A DNA stretch of 64,000 nt, taken from NCBI RefSeq assembly GCF_053078305.1, contig NZ_CP166879.1; one strand, 5' to 3'. Below are positions 53,641-64,000 of this stretch, in pieces. Position 1 is the first letter of the stretch. Each line of letters starts with the position of its first letter. A model generated the notes under the pieces. It saw nothing but the letters and a program-made list of their open reading frames with translations, had not been told where the DNA came from and ran no database searches. The position numbers were made by a program, and so were the translations under genes.

Positions 53641-55689
53641 ATGAAGAACAAATATATCATTGCTCCGGGCATTGCCGTGATATGTTCTGCAGTCATATCA
53701 TCAGGTTATGCCAGTTCTGATAAAAAAGAAGATACGCTTGTTGTTACTGCCTCCGGCTTCACTCAGCAACTCAGAAATGCACCGGCCAGTGTTTCAGTCA
53801 TTACTTCAGAGCAACTGCAAAAAAAACCGGTTTCAGACCTGGTCGATGCGGTAAAAGATGTTGAAGGGATTAGTATCACCGGTGGGAATGAAAAACCGGA
53901 TATCAGTATACGTGGGTTAAGTGGCGATTATACATTGATTCTGGTCGATGGACGACGTCAGAGTGGTCGGGAATCCAGACCAAACGGCAGCGGCGGTTTT
54001 GAAGCCGGATTTATCCCTCCTGTGGAAGCAATTGAGCGTATTGAAGTTATACGTGGCCCTATGTCTTCCCTGTATGGTTCCGATGCTATCGGAGGAGTTA
54101 TTAATATCATAACCAAACCTGTTAATAACCAGACATGGGATGGCGTACTTGGGCTTGGGGGAATTATTCAGGAACATGGGAAATTTGGTAACTCAACCAC
54201 GAATGACTTCTACCTGTCAGGCCCATTGGTTAAGGATAAACTTGGTCTTCAGTTATATGGAGGAATGAACTATCGCAAGGAAGATAGTATCTCTCAGGGA
54301 ACACCAGCAAAAGATAATAAGAATATAACGGCAACACTCCAGTTTACTCCGACTGAAAGCCAGAAGTTTGTTTTTGAATACGGAAAAAATAACCAGGAAC
54401 ATACATTAACACCTGGTGATTCTCTTGATGCCTGGACTATGCGGGGAAATCTTAAACAACCAAACAGTAAAAGAGAAACACATAACTCACGTAGTCACTG
54501 GGTAGCAGCATGGAATGCCCAGGGCGAAATACTGCATCCTGAAATTGCTGTTTATCAGGAGAAAGTTATTCGTGAGGTTAAATCTGGTAAAAAAGATAAA
54601 TATAATCATTGGGATCTTAATTACGAGTCAAGAAAACCGGAAATAACCAACACGATCATAGATGCAAAAGTGACGGCATTTCTGCCGGAAAATGTGCTGA
54701 CCATCGGAGGTCAATTTCAGCATGCAGAACTCCGTGATGACTCAGCCACAGGTAAAAAAACGACAGAAACACAGTCTGTTTCAGTTAAACAGAAAGCTGT
54801 TTTTATAGAAAATGAATATGCTGCAACGGATTCTCTCGCCCTGACTGGAGGGCTGCGCCTCGATAACCATGAAATCTATGGCAGTTACTGGAATCCAAGA
54901 TTGTATGCTGTTTATAACCTGACCGATAATCTCACTCTCAAAGGAGGGATCGCAAAAGCATTTCGGGCCCCTTCGATTCGTGAGGTCAGTCCTGGATTTG
55001 GAACACTGACGCAGGGTGGTGCCTCTATTATGTATGGAAACAGGGACCTGAAACCGGAGACCAGTGTAACCGAAGAGATCGGTATTATTTATAATAATGA
55101 CAGTGGTTTTTCAGCAAGCGCGACTCTGTTTAATACAGATTTTAAAAATAAGCTGACCAGTTACGATATAGGCACAAAAGATCCAGTCACTGGGCTAAAC
55201 ACTTTTATTTATGATAATGTGGGTGAGGCAAATATCAGAGGTGTGGAGCTTGCAACTCAGATTCCTGTGTATGATAAATGGCGTGTATCTGCAAACTATA
55301 CATTCACTGACTCCCGTCGAGAAAGCGATGACGAAAGTCTCAATGGCAAGTCGCTGAAAGGGGAACCTCTGGAAAGAACTCCCAGACATGCAGCCAATGC
55401 AAAACTGGAATGGGATTACACTCAGGATATTACATTTTATTCATCTCTGAATTATACAGGAAAACAAATCTGGGCAGCACAAAGAAATGGTGCCAAGGTT
55501 CCCCGTGTTCGTAATGGATTCACTTCTATGGATATTGGTATGAATTACCAGTTCCTGCCAGGCACGCTGATTAATTTTGCCGTACTTAACGTCACAGACA
55601 GAAAGAGCGAAGATATCGATACCATTGATGGTAACTGGCAGGTCGATGAAGGACGTCGTTACTGGGCTAATGTAAGAATATCCTTCTGA
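53641..55689 (+). CDS. TonB-dependent outer-membrane siderophore receptor (IrgA/Iha/CirA-like)
   Basis: Start MKNKYIIAPGIAVICSA (ATG 53641, AAGGGAAA upstream); TonB box DTLVVTAS; plug motifs IRGPMSSLYGSDAIGGVINIIT; C-terminal aromatic residue (RYWANVRISF). Confidence 0.9.
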   Translation: MKNKYIIAPGIAVICSAVISSGYASSDKKEDTLVVTASGFTQQLRNAPASVSVITSEQLQKKPVSDLVDAVKDVEGISITGGNEKPDISIRGLSGDYTLILVDGRRQSGRESRPNGSGGFEAGFIPPVEAIERIEVIRGPMSSLYGSDAIGGVINIITKPVNNQTWDGVLGLGGIIQEHGKFGNSTTNDFYLSGPLVKDKLGLQLYGGMNYRKEDSISQGTPAKDNKNITATLQFTPTESQKFVFEYGKNNQEHTLTPGDSLDAWTMRGNLKQPNSKRETHNSRSHWVAAWNAQGEILHPEIAVYQEKVIREVKSGKKDKYNHWDLNYESRKPEITNTIIDAKVTAFLPENVLTIGGQFQHAELRDDSATGKKTTETQSVSVKQKAVFIENEYAATDSLALTGGLRLDNHEIYGSYWNPRLYAVYNLTDNLTLKGGIAKAFRAPSIREVSPGFGTLTQGGASIMYGNRDLKPETSVTEEIGIIYNNDSGFSASATLFNTDFKNKLTSYDIGTKDPVTGLNTFIYDNVGEANIRGVELATQIPVYDKWRVSANYTFTDSRRESDDESLNGKSLKGEPLERTPRHAANAKLEWDYTQDITFYSSLNYTGKQIWAAQRNGAKVPRVRNGFTSMDIGMNYQFLPGTLINFAVLNVTDRKSEDIDTIDGNWQVDEGRRYWANVRISF

Positions 55690-55702
55690 GAGAATATAGA
55701 TA

Positions 55703-55725
55703 ACCTGAGGCCGTGCGCCTCAGGT
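55703..55725 (+). terminator. Weak hairpin after the receptor gene (no clear U tract)
   Basis: ACCTGAGGC-cgtgc-GCCTCAGGT. Confidence 0.3.
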
Positions 55726-56362
55726 ACCAGTATAGTAATCAGTAACGTCAGCTTCCAGGTTGTAATGCTTTTAATTTTGATAAAAATAAACTTAATAAAT
55801 TACATTTGTTAAATATTGATAATTTTAATTTGGTTTTATTACTCCAGTTATACTCACACTCTATCTTTACACAATTCATCACCATTACACCTCCATAGCC
55901 TGTTGATTTAAAAGATTTAATTTCCTGTGAAACAATCAGGCCTGTATGAACCTGATTATACCACAGAATCTTTTAAGTTATTTAAATTTAACTCTCGGGC
56001 TTTTCTGTCAGTAAAATCAGAAAAATTGCAGGATTTCGTTTTTTTTGCTGCGAAGTGAAATGTATCTCATTTTTACTGCCTTCGCCAGTGCGTCAGGCAA
56101 TGGCAGGTAGTGTACCTGCATTCTGCTGTAACGCGTAATGTCGGGTAGTTTACTTAAACTTAATATGTTTTATGTTTGCATTATTATAAATCACTTTATT
56201 GCCTTTTGTCTGCTTTTTAATGGTTCCCGTTTTGTTCACTTCTGGCTTTATAAAAAATGGATGCTGAAGAAATGAAGGTAGTCCACCTTACATAATATTC
56301 ATGCATGATTTTTATGCTATTCCGACTGAGTGGAAGAAAATAAAGGAGAAAAGAGGGTATAT

Positions 56363-59300
56363 ATGAACCTCAGAAAAAAACATATCTGTATAGCCATATC
56401 ACTTGTTCTTAATCCGGCATCCATATCACAGGTCAGTGCTCAGGCAGATACAAATAAGTTAACTGTTGAAGTTGATGAAACCAGCCTTGGCCATGATGTC
56501 TATGGCGATGACTGGAAGAGCATTGAAATAGGTACAACGAAATTTACAGCAAAAGATGAATCAAAGGGAATTAATTTCGACCATAAATCACCGGTGGCTG
56601 AAGGACGTAACTCTATCGCGATTGGTACCAGTGCAGAGGCTGGAGGTGACATTAGCACGAAGGAAGGTTTGTACACAGGCGAGTCTATTGCGATAGGAGC
56701 GAAAACGAAAGCAACTAAAGAACAGTCAATTGCAATAGGTGGCGATACCAAAGCTACCGGATGGGGGGCTATTGTTATTGGTGGGGATGATTTAACTCCT
56801 TTGCATGGTAAGACTTATGGTCGGGAAAAAATAGAGAATGGCTATCTTGCATCGGAAGCGCAGGGGGATGGCAGTATTGCGCTGGGCAGCAGAACTTTTG
56901 CTAAAGGCGAATTGTCAGTATCGCTTGGTTCGGTGAGTTCTGCTGAGGGGATGGCCTCGAATGCAATTGGAGCCACGGCGGAAGCTAAAGGGGATATGGC
57001 GACTGCGGTTGGTTTTAATGCGCTGGCTAATGCCGGTAATGCTCTGGCCGTTGGTAGTCAGTCCTCTGCAAATAAAAACGATGCTCTTGCTGTTGGTTCA
57101 GAGGCAAATGCCGCTCAGAATGAAACGGTTGCCCTGGGGCATGGAGCAACCGTTACTGTCGCAAAGGGGAACGTGTCCATCGGCGCTGACTCCAGGGATA
57201 AGCAGGCACAAAAAGTAACAGAGGCTAAGGTCAGAACTAAAAGAGGCGCGGAAGTCACATATAGTGGCTTTGCCGGAAATAACGCAGCATCAGTAGTATC
57301 TGTTGGTGATGCGGGTAAAGAGCGTCAGATTGTTAACGTGGGGGCGGGTGCGATTTCTGACACAAGTACAGATGCCATTAACGGTAGTCAGTTATATGCG
57401 ATAGCGAAGACACTGAAAGATGACCTTGATGCCATTAATCCGACGTGGACGCTAAAGGATGATAAGGGAGGTTCTGCGACTATTAATGGTGGGAAGGATA
57501 ATAAGAATGGTAACACTTTAACTGTTAAAGGTGATGGAGATATTGCAGTTACTGTTAATGATAAAGGAATGACGATTGACGGAACAACGCTGAAAAATGA
57601 AATAAAAAATGATGCCATCAAAATTAAAGGTGGAGATGGTAAGACGCTGACGAAGAGTCTTGGTGACAATGTCGAAATCACTGGCAAAGGCCCAATAAAA
57701 ACCCAGGTGGCTGGAGATAAACTGGAGATTTCAGCAGAGACAGCTTCGTTGCCTGTAAATGGTGGTAACGGGAAGATTACAGTAAACAATGGTGATGGCG
57801 ATAAACTTGTTACTGCGAAAAACATTGCTGATGCCATAAACCAGTCTGGCTGGAAAATTAAAGCGGATAAAGATACCGGTGGTGTTATCGAGGGAAATGG
57901 TCAGGGAACAGAAACACTGATAAAACCCGGTGATATGGTTACGCTGAAAGCCGGTAAAAATCTCAGCGTGAAACAAAGTGGTGGTGATTTTACATTCTCT
58001 GTTATTGATACTCCGTCATTCAGCAGTGTTCAGCTGAATGGAAAAGGAAATAACGGAAGTGTAACGCTCTCATCCGAAGGTAATAAGCTGACATTGTCAG
58101 GCGGTAATGGTGCCGGACAAAATGGTGTTGTTATCAGTGGTGTGGCAAGTGGACTGGAAGGTAAGGAACTTTCGACGTTAACGAATACTGATAAAGAGAT
58201 GAAAAATGCCGCCAGTGTTGCAGACCTGAAAACGGCAATTGATGGTGTGTCCTCCAGTATGCAGGGTGCAGGTTTCGCACTGAAAGACTCTGATGATAAG
58301 GAAGTGAAACAGTCTCTTGGGCAGGCGATTAAAGTATCCGGGGACAGCAATATCACCACCACAGCCATCACCAATGGGGATAAGGGGTTAAAAATATCCC
58401 TGAATAATGACCTGAGCGTTGGGAGCAATAATACTCCCGGCAGCATCAAAGTTAACGGGGCTGATGGTAAGGAGGCTGTGAGTCTGAATGGTCAGGATGG
58501 CACGATTAAACTGACATCCTCGCCTGCTGCGGGTGGAAAGTCTGCGTCAGCAACCATTGCTGTTAATGCAGGCAAAGGTGGATTAACAGATGCTGCCGGT
58601 ACCACGAAGACACGTCTGACTTATACCCCGGATGGAAAATCACCGGCAGAAGAGCTGGCGACCATGAATGACGGTCTTTCTTTTGAGGGTGATGACGGAA
58701 AGGTTATTCATAAAAAACTGAATGAAAAACTGACCATCAAAGGTGGTGCAGAGAAGAATGCTGAAGTGACTGACGGCAATATCCGGGTTGATAATGATAA
58801 TGGCGGGCTTCTGGTGAGGATGACCAGAAACCTCCGTGATTTGGCCAGCGCGGTTTTTGGTACAGGTGGGCAGATAACAACAGTTAATGATAAAGGCATC
58901 ACAATCACAACACCTGCTGCGGGCGGTGGTCAGGGGAATACGGTTTCCCTTACCGGCTCCGGCCTGAATAACGGTGGAAATCAGATAACCAGTGTGGCCA
59001 GTGGTCTGAACGGCACTGCGCTTGCTGACGCCGGTGGAGATGTTCTGAATAATGCGGCCAATATCGGTGACCTGAAAAATGCTCTCCGTGACAGCAGTGC
59101 GGCACTGGTGAATACCGGCTTTGGTCTGCAGGCGGATGACGGAAGCAAGGTGAACACGTCTCTCGGGAAGCATATCACGGTTGGTGGTGACGGGCAGAAT
59201 ATCAGCACGACTGTTCAGAACGGGAGCCTGACGGTCAGACTCGCTGATAACATTCGCCTGGGAGATGACGGCAGTGTTTCTGTCGGCGGAACCCGGATGG

Positions 59301-60694
59301 ATAAAAACGGACTGACCATCAAGGATGGCCCGTCAGTGACTGTGAACGGTATTGATGCGGCTGGCCGGGTTATTTCCGGCGTGAAAGACGGGGTGAATGA
59401 CCAGGACGCCGTTAACGTTTCACAACTGAACCGTGAAATCAGTCAGGCAACGGCAGCAACGACCTGGGCACTGAAGACTGAATCCGGTGATGAGGCTGTT
59501 GCTGTTTCCTCCCAGACGGTTGAAGTCCGTCACGGACAGAATACCCGGGTTTCAGCCATCAGTAAGGATGATAAGGGAAATTACAGCTATGAGATTGATG
59601 TGACGGGGATTCCGGTGGAGTACACCGACAGCCAGGGGAACCCGCTTGTCAATATTGGTGGTCGTTTTTACACACAGACCGAAGATGCTGCGACCGGGAA
59701 ACTGACAATGACGCCGGCTGAGCCGGCCCGTGTCAGAATAAGCAGTGAGCAGCCTCTTGTTCTGACAAATGTGGCGGCCGGAAATGTGTCACCGGTATCC
59801 ACGGATGCGGTTAACGGGAGCCAGCTGGCATCTGCAGCCAGAATTGCTGGCGGTGATAATGTTGTCTGGAAAGACGGAAAAGCAGCGCTGGCTCCTGACA
59901 CCTTCAGTGAGCTGACAACTGCAGGTGGCGGTAAGACAACGGTGAATGGTGGTGTACATAAAACACCGGATAATGTGGCTGATGCAGTGAATATGCTGAA
60001 CCGTGAAGGCACGAAGTATTTTAAAGCTGCCTCTTCCGGTCAGGCAGCAAAAGCGGAAGGGCGTGACAGTATTGCTGTCGGACAGGGGGCCGTTTCCCGG
60101 GGACAAAACAGCATTGCCATGGGTAATGGTGCTGAAGTCACGCGTCAGGCTGCTGCCGGCTCTGTTGCAGTTGGCAGCCATGCCCGTGCTGGCCGCGCGA
60201 ATACCGGGACTTATGCCCTGAACGGTCAGGCTGTTGCGGGACGTACCGGAAGTGATACTGCGGTGGTTTCTTTTGGTCAGCCGGGACAGGAGCGTCAGCT
60301 GCAGTCAGTGGCACCGGGTGTGTTGTCTGCGAATTCAACGGATGCCGTCAATGGCAGTCAGTTGCATGCAACTAACCGTCAGGTTGCCGGAAATACACAG
60401 GCGATAAACACCCTCGGGAATAAATTCAGTCAGCTGAGCTACCGGGTGGAAGAGCTTAACCGGGATATCCGTGGTGTTGGTGCATCGGCTGCGGCCATGA
60501 GCGGGATACCTCAGGCCTATCTGCCGGGTAAAAGTCTGATGGGGCTGGGTGTCGGTGGATATGGTGGTGAAAGCGCCATTGCAATAGGGGTGTCCCGAAT
60601 CTCCGATAACGGTAAGATGATAATGAAACTGAATGCAGGTCAGAACACCCGGGGTAATTTCTCCGTCGGTGCCGGTGTGGGCTGGCAGTGGTAA
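56363..60694 (+). CDS. Large trimeric autotransporter adhesin (UpaG/EhaG-like)
   Basis: Start MNLRKKHICIAISLVLNPASISQVSAQA (ATG 56363); many head/neck repeats (SIAIGTSAEA, AVGFNALANAGNALAVGSQSSA, NAIGATAEA); C-terminal YadA anchor ending GAGVGWQW. Confidence 0.85.
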   Translation: MNLRKKHICIAISLVLNPASISQVSAQADTNKLTVEVDETSLGHDVYGDDWKSIEIGTTKFTAKDESKGINFDHKSPVAEGRNSIAIGTSAEAGGDISTKEGLYTGESIAIGAKTKATKEQSIAIGGDTKATGWGAIVIGGDDLTPLHGKTYGREKIENGYLASEAQGDGSIALGSRTFAKGELSVSLGSVSSAEGMASNAIGATAEAKGDMATAVGFNALANAGNALAVGSQSSANKNDALAVGSEANAAQNETVALGHGATVTVAKGNVSIGADSRDKQAQKVTEAKVRTKRGAEVTYSGFAGNNAASVVSVGDAGKERQIVNVGAGAISDTSTDAINGSQLYAIAKTLKDDLDAINPTWTLKDDKGGSATINGGKDNKNGNTLTVKGDGDIAVTVNDKGMTIDGTTLKNEIKNDAIKIKGGDGKTLTKSLGDNVEITGKGPIKTQVAGDKLEISAETASLPVNGGNGKITVNNGDGDKLVTAKNIADAINQSGWKIKADKDTGGVIEGNGQGTETLIKPGDMVTLKAGKNLSVKQSGGDFTFSVIDTPSFSSVQLNGKGNNGSVTLSSEGNKLTLSGGNGAGQNGVVISGVASGLEGKELSTLTNTDKEMKNAASVADLKTAIDGVSSSMQGAGFALKDSDDKEVKQSLGQAIKVSGDSNITTTAITNGDKGLKISLNNDLSVGSNNTPGSIKVNGADGKEAVSLNGQDGTIKLTSSPAAGGKSASATIAVNAGKGGLTDAAGTTKTRLTYTPDGKSPAEELATMNDGLSFEGDDGKVIHKKLNEKLTIKGGAEKNAEVTDGNIRVDNDNGGLLVRMTRNLRDLASAVFGTGGQITTVNDKGITITTPAAGGGQGNTVSLTGSGLNNGGNQITSVASGLNGTALADAGGDVLNNAANIGDLKNALRDSSAALVNTGFGLQADDGSKVNTSLGKHITVGGDGQNISTTVQNGSLTVRLADNIRLGDDGSVSVGGTRMDKNGLTIKDGPSVTVNGIDAAGRVISGVKDGVNDQDAVNVSQLNREISQATAATTWALKTESGDEAVAVSSQTVEVRHGQNTRVSAISKDDKGNYSYEIDVTGIPVEYTDSQGNPLVNIGGRFYTQTEDAATGKLTMTPAEPARVRISSEQPLVLTNVAAGNVSPVSTDAVNGSQLASAARIAGGDNVVWKDGKAALAPDTFSELTTAGGGKTTVNGGVHKTPDNVADAVNMLNREGTKYFKAASSGQAAKAEGRDSIAVGQGAVSRGQNSIAMGNGAEVTRQAAAGSVAVGSHARAGRANTGTYALNGQAVAGRTGSDTAVVSFGQPGQERQLQSVAPGVLSANSTDAVNGSQLHATNRQVAGNTQAINTLGNKFSQLSYRVEELNRDIRGVGASAAAMSGIPQAYLPGKSLMGLGVGGYGGESAIAIGVSRISDNGKMIMKLNAGQNTRGNFSVGAGVGWQW

Positions 60695-60718
60695 CAGGGA
60701 AAAGCAAGGAGAAATGTA

Positions 60719-61498
60719 ATGTTATTTAGTCGAATGATGATGACGGGTGTGCTGTCCCTGATGCTTGCAGGATGTGGAAATCTGAGTCATGTCACGGATG
60801 AAGGAACGACGGAAGAAGTGGTATGGCCTTCTCCGGAGAAGGTGATGTTTAATCATGACGGAACACAGAAAGGTTCGTGGCCACTGCCAGAAAAGTTACG
60901 TCAGATAAAGGCGGGTATGAATAAGGACCAGATTTATCAGCTGGCGGGGAGACCACACTTTGCTGAAGGGATGTCTGGTGTAAGGGAATGGGATTACCTG
61001 TTCAACTTTACCGGACCGGAGGGGGATTATACCTGCCAGTACAAGATACTGTTTGACCGGAACATGGATGCCCGCTCTTTCTACTGGAAGCCGGAAAACT
61101 GTCTGCCGGAGGCAGAGACAGCAGAATACAGGGAGTCAGTCCCCGGTGATATATTATTTGATTTTGATTCATGGACTCTGACAGAGAGGGGGCGTGATGC
61201 GCTTTCCCGTGTGGCAGAGAAGTTTCAGGCGGGTCATGTTGTCGGGGTGAAGATAGAAGGATTTACGGACCATCTTGGCGGGCAGGCGTATAACCGGCTC
61301 CTGTCAGAGAAACGGGCGGAATCAGTCAGGGGGTGGTTTATTGCCCGGGGATTCAGGGCTGAAAGGATACATGCAACGGGCCGTGGATATGATGCACCAG
61401 TGGTGTTCTGCCCGGATGTGGAGGGCGAAGCACTGAAGGAATGTCTGCGCCCCAACCGCAGGGTTGAAATAACCGGGGAAACATCAGTGACTGATTAA
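60719..61498 (+). CDS. OmpA-C-domain lipoprotein (peptidoglycan-binding), co-oriented 24 bp downstream of the adhesin
   Basis: Lipobox LMLAGC; C-terminal OmpA-like domain (ILFDFDSWTL, FTDHLGGQAYNRLLSEKRAESV, RPNRRVEI). Confidence 0.8.
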   Translation: MLFSRMMMTGVLSLMLAGCGNLSHVTDEGTTEEVVWPSPEKVMFNHDGTQKGSWPLPEKLRQIKAGMNKDQIYQLAGRPHFAEGMSGVREWDYLFNFTGPEGDYTCQYKILFDRNMDARSFYWKPENCLPEAETAEYRESVPGDILFDFDSWTLTERGRDALSRVAEKFQAGHVVGVKIEGFTDHLGGQAYNRLLSEKRAESVRGWFIARGFRAERIHATGRGYDAPVVFCPDVEGEALKECLRPNRRVEITGETSVTD

Positions 61499-61522
61499 CA
61501 ATAAAGTGCCCCGGGAACTAAT

Positions 61523-61555
61523 GCCAGTCAGTTCAGCAACTGACTGGCTCTTTTT
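61523..61555 (+). terminator. Rho-independent terminator after the adhesin-lipoprotein pair
   Basis: GCCAGTCAGTT-cagc-AACTGACTGGC followed by TCTTTTT. Confidence 0.7.
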
Positions 61556-61612
61556 CGGGGCTGTGGGGTATTTCCAGGGAGCCTGTTTAGGAATCTGTGT
61601 AAATGCCTTTTC

Positions 61613-62134
61613 TCAGAAGTGACCGTCCAGGCGGTCACCGAACTCGATAATAAAGCGGCTCATTGCCATTCGCCGGTTTTGCCATTCTACAACCTGCTCC
61701 ATCACGGCATCGGTGACCTTTGATATCAGTGCCGGTGAAACATCTGCGTCATACAGCTCTTTGAACGCAGCAGCGATCTCACGGGTGGTCATCCCTTTGG
61801 CATACAACGAGAAGATCTGGTTATCCATCCCAGTAATACGGGTCTGATTTTTCTTTACCAGTTGTGGTTCGAAGGTACCGTCACGATCGCGCGGAGTACG
61901 CAGTTCCAGTGGACCGTCGCCTGTGATAACGGTCTTTGTGGAATAACCGTTGCGGGAGTTAGTTCCCGGTTTGGACTGATTTTTCTCATACCCAAGATGG
62001 TGTGTCATCTCTGCATTGAGAGCGGCTTCAACGCTGATCTTTTTCAGTAGACGGTCAAACTGGCTGAGGTCTTCAGGGGTTTTGAGGTTTTTGGCCAGTT
62101 CGTTAGCCAGAGCCTGTAACTGTTTTTCGTCCAT
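61613..62134 (-). pseudogene. Truncated IS256-family (mutator-type) transposase, N-terminal fragment only
   Basis: 173 aa matching an IS256-family N-terminus (NGYSTKTVITGDGPLELRTPRDRDGTFEPQLVKKNQTRI, YAKGMTTREI) then terminating; the catalytic DDE region is absent. Confidence 0.7.
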
Positions 62135-62182
62135 AAATTAACCTTCATTTGATGCTTGATTGAACATATCAAAATCAGGCAA

Positions 62183-63560
62183 TTACACAAATCTATGTAC
62201 AGGCTCTTTCCAAGGCCTCTCCTTTACCACTCTCGGGAAGCCCCTTTCCCTTCTTGTCGGTAATTTCACAAGTTGTCCCATACTTGCAAGATCGCGCATC
62301 AGCCCCGGTATACGTCCCGGTGAAGCGCCCTGCAATGTCATCACCATTCCGCATGATTCTGAGAAACTCAGTTGATTCGGCCAGTAACCTTTCAGATGTT
62401 CCGCCATTTTAATCATCTGACATCTTACCAGATTATAAGCCAGTAAGACACCCCACAGCTCTTGCTCCACAAGCTCCGGCTTTTTACAGCGTCAGCCTGC
62501 TCAGTTGCATCGTCTGTTTTATCTCCCTGTATCCCAGTTCAATTTCCCGGCGATGACTGTACAGATCCGCCATTTCTCCCCCGGGGAAGCGCATGGCGTC
62601 CGTCATCGACGTCAGCAGATGGCAGACTTCTCCTTTGCGCGTCACGGTCAGCAGGCGGGCTGTCACCTCATTTCCCAGTCCCGGCCACTTTTTTCGTGCC
62701 TGCGGGCTGGTTTTCAGCTTCACCAGATGATCGCCTTTACCCAGTTTTCTGATCTCTTCATATTGCGCTCCCTTTCTGAGAGGGATCATCCAGTGGCGGT
62801 GTTCTCCCACCAGGCTCCAGGCATTTAACAGTCCCAGTGAGTAATAACCTTTATCCATTAACGTCAGGGTGTTATCGCCGGTTTGTTCTATAAGTTGCTC
62901 AGCAAGCTCATTTTCGCTGTTCTTCATCGTGCCGAAGGCTCAGCCGTAAGCAGATGGCTGGTCAGTTCCATCTGGCAGACTATTTTGACCTGCGGGTAGA
63001 GCGCCGGGTTGCCGGCATGTATCTGGCGGGGGAAGGCTGCATCGTTCTCTGGTGTATCCGGTGTGCGCCAGAACATACCATCGATGGCCAGCAGGGTCAG
63101 GCCGCATCAGTGCGGATGCGGCGTGGCGTTATGCCAGAGCTGCGCTGTTTTCGTGAACACGCGGCGGACAGCCTCACTTCCCAGGTGCTGGCGGGCCTGA
63201 ATAACGGCACTGGGGGCAACGAAGGGGCGATTGCCGGCAGCATGATGTCCAGGCGATTCACAATCTGGTGAAGGGGCTCTTTACGCTCAAGCGCCATGCC
63301 AACAATACACCAGACCATCATTTCGAGGGGAAGACGGCGCTTGCGTAGCGTTACCGTACCTGATTCGGCAAGGCAACGAGAGATGAGTTCGGGGTCGAGG
63401 TAATCCCCCAGAGAAGCCAGTGGGTTACGCAGAGAATCGTAACGGGATACCAGATCAAGGGCCTGTCCAGTGTGCATAAAAAATCCGGAAACGAGTGAGC
63501 GTTTCCGGATTCTTACACAACCACTGGATCGGTCAACTGATCCTTAACCGATCGGCATTA
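62183..63560 (-). mobile_element. IS4 insertion sequence copy with a disrupted transposase
   Basis: Transposase split across 63097..63477 (MHTGQALDLVSRYDSLRNPL), 62484..62927 (DKGYYSLGLLNAW) and 62183..62470; IS4-type terminal sequence CCTTAACCGATCGGCATTA at 63542-63560; the other end not identified. Confidence 0.75.
63478..63510 (-). terminator. Terminator-like hairpin inside the IS4 end, upstream of its transposase start
   Basis: ATCCGGAAACG-agtgag-CGTTTCCGGAT with an A run on the plus strand (T run on minus). Confidence 0.45.
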
Positions 63561-63590
63561 CGGCATTGCCGGGGTCAGACTAAGCATCTT

Positions 63591-64000
63591 TTAGACGTTG
63601 ACGCCGTGCTGGGAAGCAAGCGCTGACAGGCCACCGGAAAAACCCTGACCGACAGCTTTAAACTTCCACTCAGCGCCATGGCGATACAGTTCACCGAAGA
63701 CCATTGCGGTTTCAGTTGAGGCGTCTTCAGACAGATCGAAACGGGCAATTTCCGCGCCGTTATCGTTGTTGTAAACGCGCATGAAGCTGTTGCTCACCAT
63801 GCCGAAATTTTGTTTACGCGCTTCTGCATCATAGATGGTAACGGCAAATACCAGTTTTTTGACGTCAACTGAGACTTTTGCCAGATCGATTTTAATTTGC
63901 TCATCGTCACCATCGCCTTCACCGGTACGGTTGTCACCCTGGTGCTCTACTGCGCCATCAGGGCTGGTTTTATTATTGAAGAAAATGAAATGGGCATCTG
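63591..64000 (-). CDS. TerD-family tellurium-resistance/stress protein, 3' portion; 5' end beyond window
   Basis: Frame open to the window edge; C-terminus [83 protein letters not shown] is characteristic of TerD/TerE/TerZ. Confidence 0.8.
   Translation of the reverse strand, partial: DAHFIFFNNKTSPDGAVEHQGDNRTGEGDGDDEQIKIDLAKVSVDVKKLVFAVTIYDAEARKQNFGMVSNSFMRVYNNDNGAEIARFDLSEDASTETAMVFGELYRHGAEWKFKAVGQGFSGGLSALASQHGVNV

Noticed and set aside
56500-60181. Multiple minus-strand ORFs of 60-180 aa inside the large adhesin gene
   Set aside because: Antisense artefacts within a repetitive coding region.
63009-63271. Plus-strand ORFs inside the IS4 region
   Set aside because: Antisense to the recognisable, frameshifted IS4 transposase reading frames.

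Overview
The window is an Escherichia/Shigella-type enterobacterial chromosome segment in two parts. Positions 1-23951 are a conserved core block, identified from translated ORFs and gene order (reverse orientation relative to E. coli K-12): mscM (3' part), yjeM, epmA, frdABCD, ampC, blc, gdx/sugE, ecnB, ecnA, efp, epmB, yjeJ, yjeI, groES-groEL, yjeH, fxsA, aspA, dcuA, cutA, dsbD, yjdC, ending in a tRNA-Phe gene (pheU-type locus). From 23952 to the window end (at least 40 kb, right end not in window) lies a mosaic, horizontally acquired island inserted at the tRNA. It carries a tyrosine integrase with a helicase operon, two trimeric autotransporter adhesins, a GNAT/DUF1778 toxin-antitoxin pair, a dolP/yraP paralog, a Type III restriction-modification system preceded by a (GCAAC)21 pentanucleotide tract, an ArdC-containing run of same-strand small genes, a second tyrosine recombinase flanked by long direct repeats, a very AT-rich islet (methyltransferase-fold protein, LysE-type exporter, lipoprotein), an IrgA/Iha-like TonB-dependent receptor with a candidate Fur box, IS256-family and IS4 remnants, and the 3' end of a TerD-family gene. 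The most notable candidate for something undescribed is the Type III R-M locus, where the repeat tract sits inside an upstream leader ORF whose termination point relative to the mod start depends on repeat number modulo 3. No CRISPR array and no rRNA genes were seen. All identifications are from reading the sequence and recalled family knowledge; no database search was run.
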